Source of the DNA: Poseidonia sp.
Lineage (GTDB): Archaea > Thermoplasmatota > Poseidoniia > Poseidoniales > Poseidoniaceae
Reading direction: 5' to 3'
Assembly: GCA_965661285.1 (NCBI GenBank)
Contig: CBFIDD010000003.1
Coordinates: 224,001-288,000, forward strand
Length of the DNA stretch: 64,000 nt
The notes beneath the pieces were generated by a model that was given only the letters and a program-made list of their open reading frames with translations, had not been told where the DNA came from and ran no database searches. The position numbers were made by a program, and so were the translations under genes. Position 1 is the first letter of the stretch, and the number at the start of each line of letters is the position of its first letter. This document shows positions 36,114 to 44,585 of the stretch, piece after piece.

Positions 36114-38177
36114 CTACGCCGAAAGGGGCCGTCCGTCGGACGTCCATCCGCGATGTTCGTAGTAGGCCGCCATGCACGCCGCTTCGTCCTCATCGTCGAC
36201 AAAGGAGACCATCCCCGCCGCCACGCCGCTTGGAATCGGTTCCTTACGAAGTCGCCACGAGAGCAGGTCCTCCTGGGCTGCCGACTTGCCTTGACGCTGC
36301 CAGTGTTCCACGTTCCATCGACGTGCTTGGTCCCACTGCGCCTTGGCCCGCTGCATCAAGTCGTCCCACGTGCAATCCTCGCCGGTGGTGGCCTTCCATG
36401 CTTGCACCATCACGTCGTCAGGCGTCGCCCCTTTGGCAAAGGCACAGAGGATCATCGAATCACGAATGACGATGCTGTGCTGGCTGTCCACAAGCTCCTC
36501 CATCAAATCCACGGCCGAGCGGTTGGGCAGCCCGGTGGGCGCTTTGTAACCCGCTCGCATGTGGGATGCACCCACGTTGGCCGTCATGTAGGCCATGGCG
36601 TTGCCTCGCTTGCCTCGCGGGTCCCACGCTGGCAAATCCAGGCCCTTGCAGTGGGCGGTCAGGCGAGTGGTTGGATGGCCCGTCAACGCCTCGATGTGTT
36701 CGCTGGCGGCCACGGCGCCTGCGGTCAGTGTGCCGAACAGCGTCCCGTCGCCGGGCGTGGCGTGAGCGAGCAGATGCAGAGCGAGGGGCGGCAGTTCAGG
36801 AATGCCAAAGGCCCACGGCACGACGTCGCCCTCTGCGAACGTACCGAAAGCGAAGGGCGCGTGGAAGTGGTCGGCCCAGTCCTCAGGCATCCAGCCTCGC
36901 TGAGCGACTTCGCACATCAGCGAAAGCGCCGCCCCGCCCGAGATGGTGTCGATGCCGAGGCGATTGCACGCATCGTTCCCGTCCATCACGTCCAGGCTCG
37001 AGCCGATGCCGAGGTTGGACCCCAGCATCGCCAGCGTCTCGTATTCCGGCCGGTCCACGCGATTCACGTGGACGGGACGACCGCGCATCTTCACGCCGTC
37101 CACGGTGGGGCGGTCGGCCGCCTCGCACGCAATGGGGCAGGGCGCACAACAGCCCGACTGCTTGGCATCGGGCAGGGATTCGTGCCAGTGTTCGCCCGAG
37201 AGTTCGTGGGTGTCCATCGCTGACACCACGGGCACGACGATGGCTCCCTCGGTCACGGCTTCAGCGGTTTGACCGCCCGCACCGCCGCCGACTTTGAGCG
37301 CTGAGAGGTCGGGGATTTGTGCGTCGGTGGACGAGTAGTTCGCCGTGGGCATCCGACCGTTTTCCGCCGCATAGAGCGGACCGCGGCTGGTGCCAAACGC
37401 GTAGAACGGGTCGCCGTATTTGCGCCGCTTACCCATTTCCTTCCGCTGTTCCTTGATGGCGTCGGCCAGCGAGAAGTCCCCGGCGTAGCGCATGCCGGCG
37501 GCCGCTTCCTTGCTGGCTTTGACGGTGACCGCTTTGAGGCGCTTGAAACCGAAGGAAGCCCCCGTACCGCCACGACCGGCCGCACGACGGCCGGCGGTCA
37601 GGGGCGAAGCGATGCGAATGCCGTTTTCGCCTGCAGGCCCGATGGAGAGGCATTCGCCAAGGTCGTCAAGCGCCTGCTCGACCTCCCAGGTCGTCTTCCC
37701 CACGAGGTCGTCGGCGGGATGGAGAGTGGCGGAGGCGTCGATGATCTCGAGGCGAACCCACGAATCGCTGGCGCCGGTGATGAACAGCCCGTCCCAGCCC
37801 GCTTTTCGAAGGTCGTGGCCGATGTTACCGCCGATGTAGGTGTCGATGTAGCACTCGGTGAGTGGGGAGCGGGTCACCACGACGGCGCGCCCTGAGGAGC
37901 CGACTTTTGAGCCCTGATAGGGCCCGGTCATGAACAGCAAAGGCGTCGTGGGATGCGAGGCCGTGTCCATGCGCCCGATGATGGGGTGCTGATTGGCCGT
38001 GGCCGCATCGTAGTCGGTGGTATCCCATTCAACGAGGAGTTTGGTGGCGAGGGCTTTGCCGCCCATGTGCTGCAAACACCACGCGTGGGGGATATCGCGG
38101 GCCTCGCAGGTCCCGGCGGTCAAATCCACCCACAGCACCCTTCCGGGGAAGCCGTCAAAGCGCCACGGGTGGGTCAT
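36114..38177 (-). CDS. Aldehyde:ferredoxin oxidoreductase (AOR, W/Mo-pterin) family
   Basis: VLWVDLT, RSPLT, IGPAGE, AAGRGGTGA..G.KRLKAV, CAPCPIAC, PEYET, RLGIDTISGG, KGLDLPAWDPRG, YYEHRGW. Confidence 0.88.
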   Translation of the reverse strand: MTHPWRFDGFPGRVLWVDLTAGTCEARDIPHAWCLQHMGGKALATKLLVEWDTTDYDAATANQHPIIGRMDTASHPTTPLLFMTGPYQGSKVGSSGRAVVVTRSPLTECYIDTYIGGNIGHDLRKAGWDGLFITGASDSWVRLEIIDASATLHPADDLVGKTTWEVEQALDDLGECLSIGPAGENGIRIASPLTAGRRAAGRGGTGASFGFKRLKAVTVKASKEAAAGMRYAGDFSLADAIKEQRKEMGKRRKYGDPFYAFGTSRGPLYAAENGRMPTANYSSTDAQIPDLSALKVGGGAGGQTAEAVTEGAIVVPVVSAMDTHELSGEHWHESLPDAKQSGCCAPCPIACEAADRPTVDGVKMRGRPVHVNRVDRPEYETLAMLGSNLGIGSSLDVMDGNDACNRLGIDTISGGAALSLMCEVAQRGWMPEDWADHFHAPFAFGTFAEGDVVPWAFGIPELPPLALHLLAHATPGDGTLFGTLTAGAVAASEHIEALTGHPTTRLTAHCKGLDLPAWDPRGKRGNAMAYMTANVGASHMRAGYKAPTGLPNRSAVDLMEELVDSQHSIVIRDSMILCAFAKGATPDDVMVQAWKATTGEDCTWDDLMQRAKAQWDQARRWNVEHWQRQGKSAAQEDLLSWRLRKEPIPSGVAAGMVSFVDDEDEAACMAAYYEHRGWTSDGRPLSA

Positions 38178-38218
38178 GATGCTGGGTTCACGAGGACCAC
38201 GAAAAAGGCACCGCAGGC

Positions 38219-38611
38219 TCAAGCCGTCGTGTAGGTCTCGTCTTGGGTGGTTGGATAGAGTCCGGCGGCGACGATGACGGCCAGCACAACCGATGCTTGG
38301 ACCATCCAGAGGTTCTGAGCCGTGAATTCATCCAGCATCAGCGAGGTGGCCATGGCGGCAGCCTCGAGAGCTGCTGTGGCAAACTGCACCTTGCCCATGT
38401 CGATGCCAGGCGATTTCAGCCAGAGCCACGAACCGACAACATTGGTCCCGATGAGGGCCGCGCCGATGGTGCGCAACCACGCCGTGTTGACCGCTTCGGC
38501 CTTGAGCAGGTCGCAAAACACGTCGGGTACGAGCAGGAGCATCAGGCCGTAACCAACCGAAGCCCAGAGGTTCACCTGCATGGCGAGCGTGCCGATTTGC
38601 TTCTTGTCCAT
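38219..38611 (-). CDS. Small 4-TM membrane protein
   Basis: Start MDKKQIGTLAM (38611); four hydrophobic segments. Confidence 0.65.
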   Translation of the reverse strand: MDKKQIGTLAMQVNLWASVGYGLMLLLVPDVFCDLLKAEAVNTAWLRTIGAALIGTNVVGSWLWLKSPGIDMGKVQFATAALEAAAMATSLMLDEFTAQNLWMVQASVVLAVIVAAGLYPTTQDETYTTA

Positions 38612-38660
38612 GACCGTCGTTGTGCACGCACCGGTTATGGGCTTGGCGGCCCGGCGGACC

Positions 38661-39371
38661 TCAGAGGTCGTCCTTTCGCTGCCAACCGGCCTCGGTGCGC
38701 TCGTAGACGATGGGCACGCCCGTCGGGACTTCCAAGCCGAGCACCTCTTCCTTCGAGAGTCCGTCAAGGTGCATGATGATGCTGCGAAGCGAGTTGCCGT
38801 GGGCGGCGACGAAGACGTTCTTGCCCCCGTCAATGGCGGGAATCAGCGTGGACTCAAGGTAGGGAATCGTGCGAGCAGCCGTCAACTCAAGGGACTCACC
38901 GTTGGGCGGTGGCACATCGTAGGAGCGCCGCCAAATGTGGACTTGCTCGGCCCCGTACTTCTCGCGGGTCGCGTCCTTGTTCAGGCCCTGAAGGTCGCCG
39001 TACATGCGCTCGTTGAGCTGCCAGGCGACGTGAACGGGCAGCAAGTTGTCCTGGCCCGCGTCGCCACGGATTTGAGCCCATTCTCGCATGCGGGTTTCGT
39101 TTTCCGACATCCCCTCCTCCACTTCGGTGGGATACTGGAAGACCGGTGTTTTGCCGCTGCCGTGCTCAGACAGGGCGATCATCGCTGTCATTTGCGCTCG
39201 GATGAGGGTGGAGACGTGGACTTCGTCAATCGGGAGGTGGGCGATGGCACGACCGCCGTCTCGGGCTTCGTCAATGCCTTTGGGGGTCAGGGGAACGTCC
39301 ACCCAGCCGGTGAAGAGCCCCGCGGCGTTCCACATCGATTGGCCGTGGCGCATCAGGATGAGCAGGGACAT
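38661..39371 (-). CDS. gpmA: 2,3-bisphosphoglycerate-dependent phosphoglycerate mutase
   Basis: [56 protein letters not shown]. Confidence 0.95.
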   Translation of the reverse strand: MSLLILMRHGQSMWNAAGLFTGWVDVPLTPKGIDEARDGGRAIAHLPIDEVHVSTLIRAQMTAMIALSEHGSGKTPVFQYPTEVEEGMSENETRMREWAQIRGDAGQDNLLPVHVAWQLNERMYGDLQGLNKDATREKYGAEQVHIWRRSYDVPPPNGESLELTAARTIPYLESTLIPAIDGGKNVFVAAHGNSLRSIIMHLDGLSKEEVLGLEVPTGVPIVYERTEAGWQRKDDL

Positions 39372-39424
39372 GCAGGTGCCTCAAACCGTCCACACGAAGG
39401 CAGGGCATGAAGGTGGCGCTTCCC

Positions 39425-40234
39425 TCAGAACATGACTGGAAGAGCAGCCAGCGCAACAATGGGAAGCACTCCCATCAACAAATCACGAATCAAAAGCACG
39501 AGCAAGGTTTTGGTGTTGGTTTGGGCAATGTTGTCGAATTCCTTCTGGAGCCGATTGTCGACAGCGTCCGAAAGTTTTCCAGCACCTGTTTTCGCCAACT
39601 GAACCGAAGCACTGAGCGCAACGCTACCGAGAAGACCTGCTGGCGTGATTTTGCGGGTCAACAAGACGCGCCGACCCCAGCGCTTCGCAGAAGATGTCGC
39701 AATAGCGGTTCCGGGGTCGGGCGTACCTTCTCCCTTCTTTTTCTTGTCCTGGCCAGAAAATCTGCGAAGCCACTTTCGGGTTTTCATACCCGCATCGGCC
39801 AACTTTTGCATCTTTTCGATGTCGTGCTTCTCAATGGCCTTGAGCATGCGCCGAACTCGTGCAATCCGTAGGAAATCGAGCATCAACCAGACGATGACGA
39901 GAAGCGCCAAGAACGCGAGACCTGTTGCAGGAACCTCCGACCACGTTCGCCATCCGATTGGATCGAGAAACAGCCGTAGTGTGACCACGACCAGCGGCGG
40001 GATGGTGAAGGCGATGATTTCGTTCGCCACCAACAAACCAATGCCCCTGATGGGCAGTTCTCGCAGGGCTTTCAGCGCCCATTTGGTGTGCGGAACCAGC
40101 CGTGCAAGCGCTCGTCGAAACGGGAACAGCAGAAACAGGATGCGAAAGAGCAGCGGCAACCAAATGACGACCAGAACATAGGCCGACCACGGCCCGTCTG
40201 GAGGAATCTCTGGAAGCTGGAGCGGCTCAACCAC
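39425..40234 (-). CDS. Hypothetical membrane protein
   Basis: 269 aa, GTG start, three N-terminal TMs, basic loop, C-terminal TM. Confidence 0.75.
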   Translation of the reverse strand: MVEPLQLPEIPPDGPWSAYVLVVIWLPLLFRILFLLFPFRRALARLVPHTKWALKALRELPIRGIGLLVANEIIAFTIPPLVVVTLRLFLDPIGWRTWSEVPATGLAFLALLVIVWLMLDFLRIARVRRMLKAIEKHDIEKMQKLADAGMKTRKWLRRFSGQDKKKKGEGTPDPGTAIATSSAKRWGRRVLLTRKITPAGLLGSVALSASVQLAKTGAGKLSDAVDNRLQKEFDNIAQTNTKTLLVLLIRDLLMGVLPIVALAALPVMF

Positions 40235-40266
40235 GGTTCTCCATTCCCCGGTTCAACATCAACGTT

Positions 40267-40446
40267 TCACTGACGGAACTTGGTGACCGTGTCAACCATG
40301 GACGACTCAACCTTGTCCATAGCTTCACAGAGCTTTCGACCGTACTTTCGACCCAGGCCGTAGCCTGCACCGGCAGCGGCAGCTCCTGATACGATCTCAA
40401 ACGTCAGTGCAACAGCGCCGACACCGAACAACAGTTGGGGAATCAT
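40267..40446 (-). CDS. 59-aa Gly/Ala-rich small membrane protein (not in ORF track)
   Basis: MIPQLLFGVGAVALTFEIVSGAAAAGAGYGLGRKYGRKLCEAMDKVESSMVDTVTKFRQ; ATGA overlap with the upstream ORF and GAGGTGG SD. Confidence 0.7.
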   Translation of the reverse strand: MIPQLLFGVGAVALTFEIVSGAAAAGAGYGLGRKYGRKLCEAMDKVESSMVDTVTKFRQ

Positions 40447-40616
40447 TCTTCCACCTCAACTTCGCCAACAAAGGTGACCTCTTGGACACCGGTGTTCTTC
40501 ATGTCTTCATAATCTGCGTACTTGCGGTAGTAATGCTTGAACGTGCTGTCCATCATGCCTACTGCGACGCCGGCCATTCCAATGACGACGGTTGTCATCA
40601 ACAATCTGTATACCAT
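40443..40616 (-). CDS. 57-aa single-TM small protein (not in ORF track)
   Basis: MVYRLLMTTVVIGMAGVAVGMMDSTFKHYYRKYADYEDMKNTGVQEVTFVGEVEVEE; GAGGAGG SD, starts 3 nt after the previous stop. Confidence 0.7.
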   Translation of the reverse strand: MVYRLLMTTVVIGMAGVAVGMMDSTFKHYYRKYADYEDMKNTGVQEVTFVGEVEVEE

Positions 40617-40619
40617 TTC

Positions 40620-40898
40620 TTATTCCTCCTCTAGGTTTTCTTGCCGGGCCTTCGGGCTGACCGCTTTAACGACGCCACCGGTCACTGAACCGACGACGTT
40701 GCTGGCGGTCTCGACCGTGATCTTCGTCACTTCACCCGTGGCGTCAACCGCCGCTTTGATGACTCGACTCGAACCAACAGCCAGGTGAACCACGGTCTCT
40801 TCGCCAGCGTTCACCATCTCTTTGACCGCCGATGAAAACTCATCGATGAGAGAGGTGAGGCCTTTGGAGACCTTGTCCACCGCTTTCTTGCCTGACAT
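40620..40898 (-). CDS. 92-aa Val/Thr/Ala/Ser-rich amphipathic-helix protein
   Basis: MSGKKAVDKVSKGLTSLIDEFSSAVKEMVNAG...; TATA-like TTATGTA about 25 bp upstream on the minus strand. Confidence 0.72.
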   Translation of the reverse strand: MSGKKAVDKVSKGLTSLIDEFSSAVKEMVNAGEETVVHLAVGSSRVIKAAVDATGEVTKITVETASNVVGSVTGGVVKAVSPKARQENLEEE

Positions 40899-40940
40899 GG
40901 TTTGGGGATAGTGCAGGGGTACATAAGGCGACGAGGGAAA

Positions 40941-40954
40941 TTATACCGGTATAA
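40941..40954. promoter_or_regulatory. Perfect 14-bp palindrome TTATACCGGTATAA, putative operator
   Basis: Self-complementary; lies between the wHTH stop (40966) and the promoter of the small-protein operon. Confidence 0.6.
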
Positions 40955-40965
40955 ATTACCCGCTA

Positions 40966-41310
40966 TCATTGGTCGCTCGGGAGATAGAAGAAATCGTCAG
41001 GATAGTACCCCATCCGCACACTGAGGTCGATCCAGCGTCCAATGTCCGACCGCAGGGTTCGTCCGTTTTCGGAAATGGAGTAAACCAGTACGGGATGACC
41101 GCCACGACCACGCGAATCTCGTTCATCGATGTGGATGTAGCCGGCTTCATGCATGCGCTGCAAGTGGAGCCGTAGCTCCTTGCGTTCCACGCCGACCGCC
41201 CGTTCAATGCGCATCAGACGGCGGGCGTCGTCCTCTCGCTCACGCATGCGGGAGAGGTAGAGCAGAATTCGATAGAGCGTCACCGGAAGGTCTCGGCGGC
41301 GTTTTTCCAT
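40966..41310 (-). CDS. Winged helix-turn-helix DNA-binding protein
   Basis: YRILLYL...IERAVGVERKELRLHLQRMHEAGYI...VLVYSISENGR. Confidence 0.75.
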   Translation of the reverse strand: MEKRRRDLPVTLYRILLYLSRMREREDDARRLMRIERAVGVERKELRLHLQRMHEAGYIHIDERDSRGRGGHPVLVYSISENGRTLRSDIGRWIDLSVRMGYYPDDFFYLPSDQ

Positions 41311-41331
41311 GATAGGGGGTTGGAGAACCTC

Positions 41332-41496
41332 CTAAATTAAACTGGGGTGCTGCGAGAGCTTGTTGATGGTTTCACGCATCGGTTGGGCGAGGATGAGCAA
41401 GCGGAAGATGAAGGGCAGCCAGAGCACGAACACCACGTAGGCTTCCCACGGACCTGCCGGAGGAAACGCGGGGAGTTGGAGGGGGCTTGCGGCCAT
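41332..41496 (-). pseudogene. Truncated 5' fragment of a homolog of the 39425-40234 membrane protein
   Basis: MAASPLQLPAFPPAGPWEAYVVFVLWLPFIFRLLIL... vs MVEPLQLPEIPPDGPWSAYVLVVIWLPLLFRILFL: 21/32 identical by hand; stops after 54 aa in an AT-rich junction. Confidence 0.75.
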
Positions 41497-41749
41497 ACTG
41501 CTTCACACCGACATCGGCCACTTACACTTCAACCAAACGCAAAAATGACACTCGGCACAGTGTGTCCTTACCCAATTTCAACCAATTTACTTACTCAGGG
41601 GGTAGTCCATGACCGGACCCCTTGTTCAAACAATCCAGACCTCTGAAACCCCTGCTCAAACCACTGTTGAACCTAAGTCAACAAGGGTATGGACAACCCC
41701 TAGCAATGAAAGTGCGCATTCAAATAGTAAAAAATCTAGAACATCTAGC

Positions 41750-42544
41750 GTGTTTGGAAATAACAAAAAAAACAAATCAAGAGCTGTTGCTTACGCTCGA
41801 GTATCCTCGAAGCGTCAAGCAGAAGAGGGCGTAAGCCTCGATGCGCAAGTAGAACGTCTGCTTGCTTACGCAGAATTTAGAGGATTAGACCTTGACCCTG
41901 ATGACATTTACATTGATGATGGAATTTCTGCTGCAATCCACTTGTGGTCAAGACCAGCAGGTCGAGCCATGCGTGAAACCATCTATCAGGAACGAGTTGG
42001 TCATTTGCTCGCCCTGAAGATGGATAGGTTGTTTAGAGATGTGCAGGACTGTTTAGGCTCTGTTGATGAGTTGCGAGGCATCGGAGTTGACATCCATATT
42101 CTCGACCAAGACGGAGGAACATTGGATACTTCAACATCAATGGGCAGATTCTTTCTCACCACCATCGCAAGCCTCGCAGAATTGGAACGTGGACAGATTT
42201 CAGAGAGAACAAGGATTGCCATGAAGCACCTCAAAGATAACGCCAAGGTGTTTACAGGTCCAATCTTTGGTTGGAACAGAGATGGTGGCGACATCATTCC
42301 GAATTGGGCCGAACAAGATGCCATCGACTACATGCGGTTCAGACACTTCAAGCAGAATTGGTCAGGCAACAAGATTGCCAAACACCTTGTTGAGATGGGT
42401 CTAACAGGTAAGTTAGGTGGCTCATGGACATCGAATATGGTGCTTCGAACATGTCGTTATCAATTTCATGAAACTCGCAACATGTTTGAGAAGCCTGAAT
42501 GGTGGGGTACTGAACCTTACCACGATGCGGTTGAATGGGATTAG
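41750..42544 (+). CDS. Serine recombinase (resolvase catalytic domain plus short recombinase-type DNA-binding domain)
   Basis: AVAYARVSS.RQ..EG.SLDAQ, DDGISA, KMDRLFRD, AELERGQISERT, GWN...IA..L...G...GGSW. GTG 41750 is favoured by TTCAAATA about 25-30 bp upstream; the ORF track starts at 41609. Confidence 0.88.
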   Translation: MFGNNKKNKSRAVAYARVSSKRQAEEGVSLDAQVERLLAYAEFRGLDLDPDDIYIDDGISAAIHLWSRPAGRAMRETIYQERVGHLLALKMDRLFRDVQDCLGSVDELRGIGVDIHILDQDGGTLDTSTSMGRFFLTTIASLAELERGQISERTRIAMKHLKDNAKVFTGPIFGWNRDGGDIIPNWAEQDAIDYMRFRHFKQNWSGNKIAKHLVEMGLTGKLGGSWTSNMVLRTCRYQFHETRNMFEKPEWWGTEPYHDAVEWD

Positions 42545-43788
42545 AGCGAACGAACGTCGATTTTTCCCGTAACTACTGCTGAAATTAATTCTGTTCGAAA
42601 TTCCCTGAGATGAGCAATCTGCTTTTCTATGATTAATTTAGATGAATCTACTTTTTTACAAAAGTCATCGAGATAGAAAATAATCTTTTTTTGCTCTTCA
42701 ATAGGAGGCATTGGAATGGTCAATGCTTCAAGTTTTTCTTTAGTTAAATGAGCGAATGTTGCCGAATCTGATATCATGTTTACATAACCTGATAATTTCA
42801 AATGAAACATAATGTAATGTAGATATTTTTCTTCAGAAGACGATTTGGCCCTAACTCGATTAAGAGAATTTTGGAAATAGCACTCGGAATCTTCGTACCA
42901 AATGGCTGAACGCCCCACAGTATGGCCACCTTCTGTCACCAACAAGTCCCCTTTCTTTAATCGATAGTGAGACTGCTGCTTTTTTGTAAAGCCCATTTGA
43001 TTAACATTGTCCAACTTAATTTCATCCCAGTGAATATTAGCAGCACGCAGATATGGTTTATAATCGCCGGTTTGTTTTTTTGAATCCAGCATTTTCCCGA
43101 GATCGACCTTGTAAAACCGTTTCACAATACCGTCTTGCCAATGAACTGGTATTTCTGAAAGCCATTCCACAGACGTATCTTTCATTGACACATCTAGATT
43201 AAGGCCCTTGGTAACGGCATTTGTGATGAGGGTTGAGCGTTTTTCTTCTAATAGCAAAAATAATTTTTCTAAATTGCTAATTTTACTATCAATCAGAGTA
43301 GTTTTATTCCCAATGTATCTTACCAAATGTAATTGCTCGTTTATTGGAGGTATCAAAAAGATAGTTCCATTCCAAGTTCCCATATTAAAACTTTCAATGA
43401 TATCTCCAAAACCACGTAACTGTTTTGCTGCACTTCCAAGCATGTATCCAGCGTATTCGCGATTTATATCTCGGTTTAGTTTCACTCTTTGCACGACATT
43501 GCTGTAAATCGAATTATTAATGGGTAAATGTACATATGGAGTTCCATTTCTGGTCAATAACAAGTCATTTGAAGTTGTTCTCTTTATCAAAGGAAATTCA
43601 GAAAATGAAGATTTCATAGGCGTTCTCTGACAAGTGTACAATAATTCATTTCCATAATGCCAATGACTTTTATCAATAACTTCTCCTGCATTTGAACTAG
43701 TATAACAGAACTTGAAAGGAACTATTTTCCAATGACTTGGAACCAAACCAATCCATTCGATGCCTGATTGTTGCTTCGAAGCCGACAT
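42541..43788 (-). CDS. hsdS: Type I R-M specificity subunit (copy 1)
   Basis: SGIEWIGLVPSHW, PPINEQ, LITNAVTKGL..MKDTSVEWL.EIP.HW, PPIEEQ, ISAVVTGKIDVR; AT-rich; GAGGTGA SD. Confidence 0.92.
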   Translation of the reverse strand: MSASKQQSGIEWIGLVPSHWKIVPFKFCYTSSNAGEVIDKSHWHYGNELLYTCQRTPMKSSFSEFPLIKRTTSNDLLLTRNGTPYVHLPINNSIYSNVVQRVKLNRDINREYAGYMLGSAAKQLRGFGDIIESFNMGTWNGTIFLIPPINEQLHLVRYIGNKTTLIDSKISNLEKLFLLLEEKRSTLITNAVTKGLNLDVSMKDTSVEWLSEIPVHWQDGIVKRFYKVDLGKMLDSKKQTGDYKPYLRAANIHWDEIKLDNVNQMGFTKKQQSHYRLKKGDLLVTEGGHTVGRSAIWYEDSECYFQNSLNRVRAKSSSEEKYLHYIMFHLKLSGYVNMISDSATFAHLTKEKLEALTIPMPPIEEQKKIIFYLDDFCKKVDSSKLIIEKQIAHLREFRTELISAVVTGKIDVRSL

Positions 43789-43910
43789 TATGCCTCACCT
43801 CGAAGTCGAATCACCATGCGAATCGTACATGCTAAGCGCAAGTGGACTATGAACACTAAGGCGTTTGTCCCTACTCAATAATAAGGGATAACGCAATGGG
43901 TACGGACTGT

Positions 43911-44576
43911 TTAATTGAACCATGTGGCATAACCTCGCTTTCTCAATTCGAGCGCTACATCTCGTTCCTTCTCAAGCGCCCCAGCTTGTCGATAGAGGGC
44001 ATCACCCAACTCCTCCATGAGATCATGAGCAATACCATTGGGATGCTTGTGTACGATTTCCGAGGAATATTTGTGGCGTTTCCCACCAACCTTCACAGTG
44101 TGAATCTTGTACCTTTCTTCAACGGTTTTCTCCGTTTCTCCCACGTAGAGAAAGTCCGTCCAGTCGCTTTTCTTTCCTCCGTTTTCTTTGGCAAATGATG
44201 GTTTCTCCTCCCAAACACGTCTCTTCAACCGAAGAATGTACACTCGGCGATTCGGCGGGTCATCGTAGAACACACGCCAATGCTTGTTGCGTAATTCTTC
44301 CACCAAATCCTCTGCATATCGGTAGGCCTCAATTTTACTCTCAAAAGAGCGATAATAATCCTTCATGACTGATTTTCCTTTGCTGTTCCAACCGCTGGAA
44401 CTGCTCGAAAAATCTCCAGCGAGATAGGCATTAACCCTTGTCTCTGAAGTCAAGTGCGCAATGGTGATGACTGGCGTCTTTCTCCATCGCTTCGGGTTTT
44501 GCTTGGCCAGTTTCTCCCATCGAGATTTACTCAACCGCTGATTGAGTTCAATGGGAACGACGTGATGGGTCTCCAT
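43911..44576 (-). CDS. GIY-YIG-like nuclease-domain protein with unknown N-terminal half
   Basis: RVYILRL...LYVGET.K..EERY..H...ALEKE...A..LR.RGY. Confidence 0.65.
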   Translation of the reverse strand: METHHVVPIELNQRLSKSRWEKLAKQNPKRWRKTPVITIAHLTSETRVNAYLAGDFSSSSSGWNSKGKSVMKDYYRSFESKIEAYRYAEDLVEELRNKHWRVFYDDPPNRRVYILRLKRRVWEEKPSFAKENGGKKSDWTDFLYVGETEKTVEERYKIHTVKVGGKRHKYSSEIVHKHPNGIAHDLMEELGDALYRQAGALEKERDVALELRKRGYATWFN

Positions 44577-44585
44577 CGAGAATCC

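Noticed and set aside
36153-37895. Long plus-strand ORFs (356, 243 and 192 aa)
   Set aside because: Shadows of the very GC-rich AOR gene; Arg/Gly-rich with no motifs.
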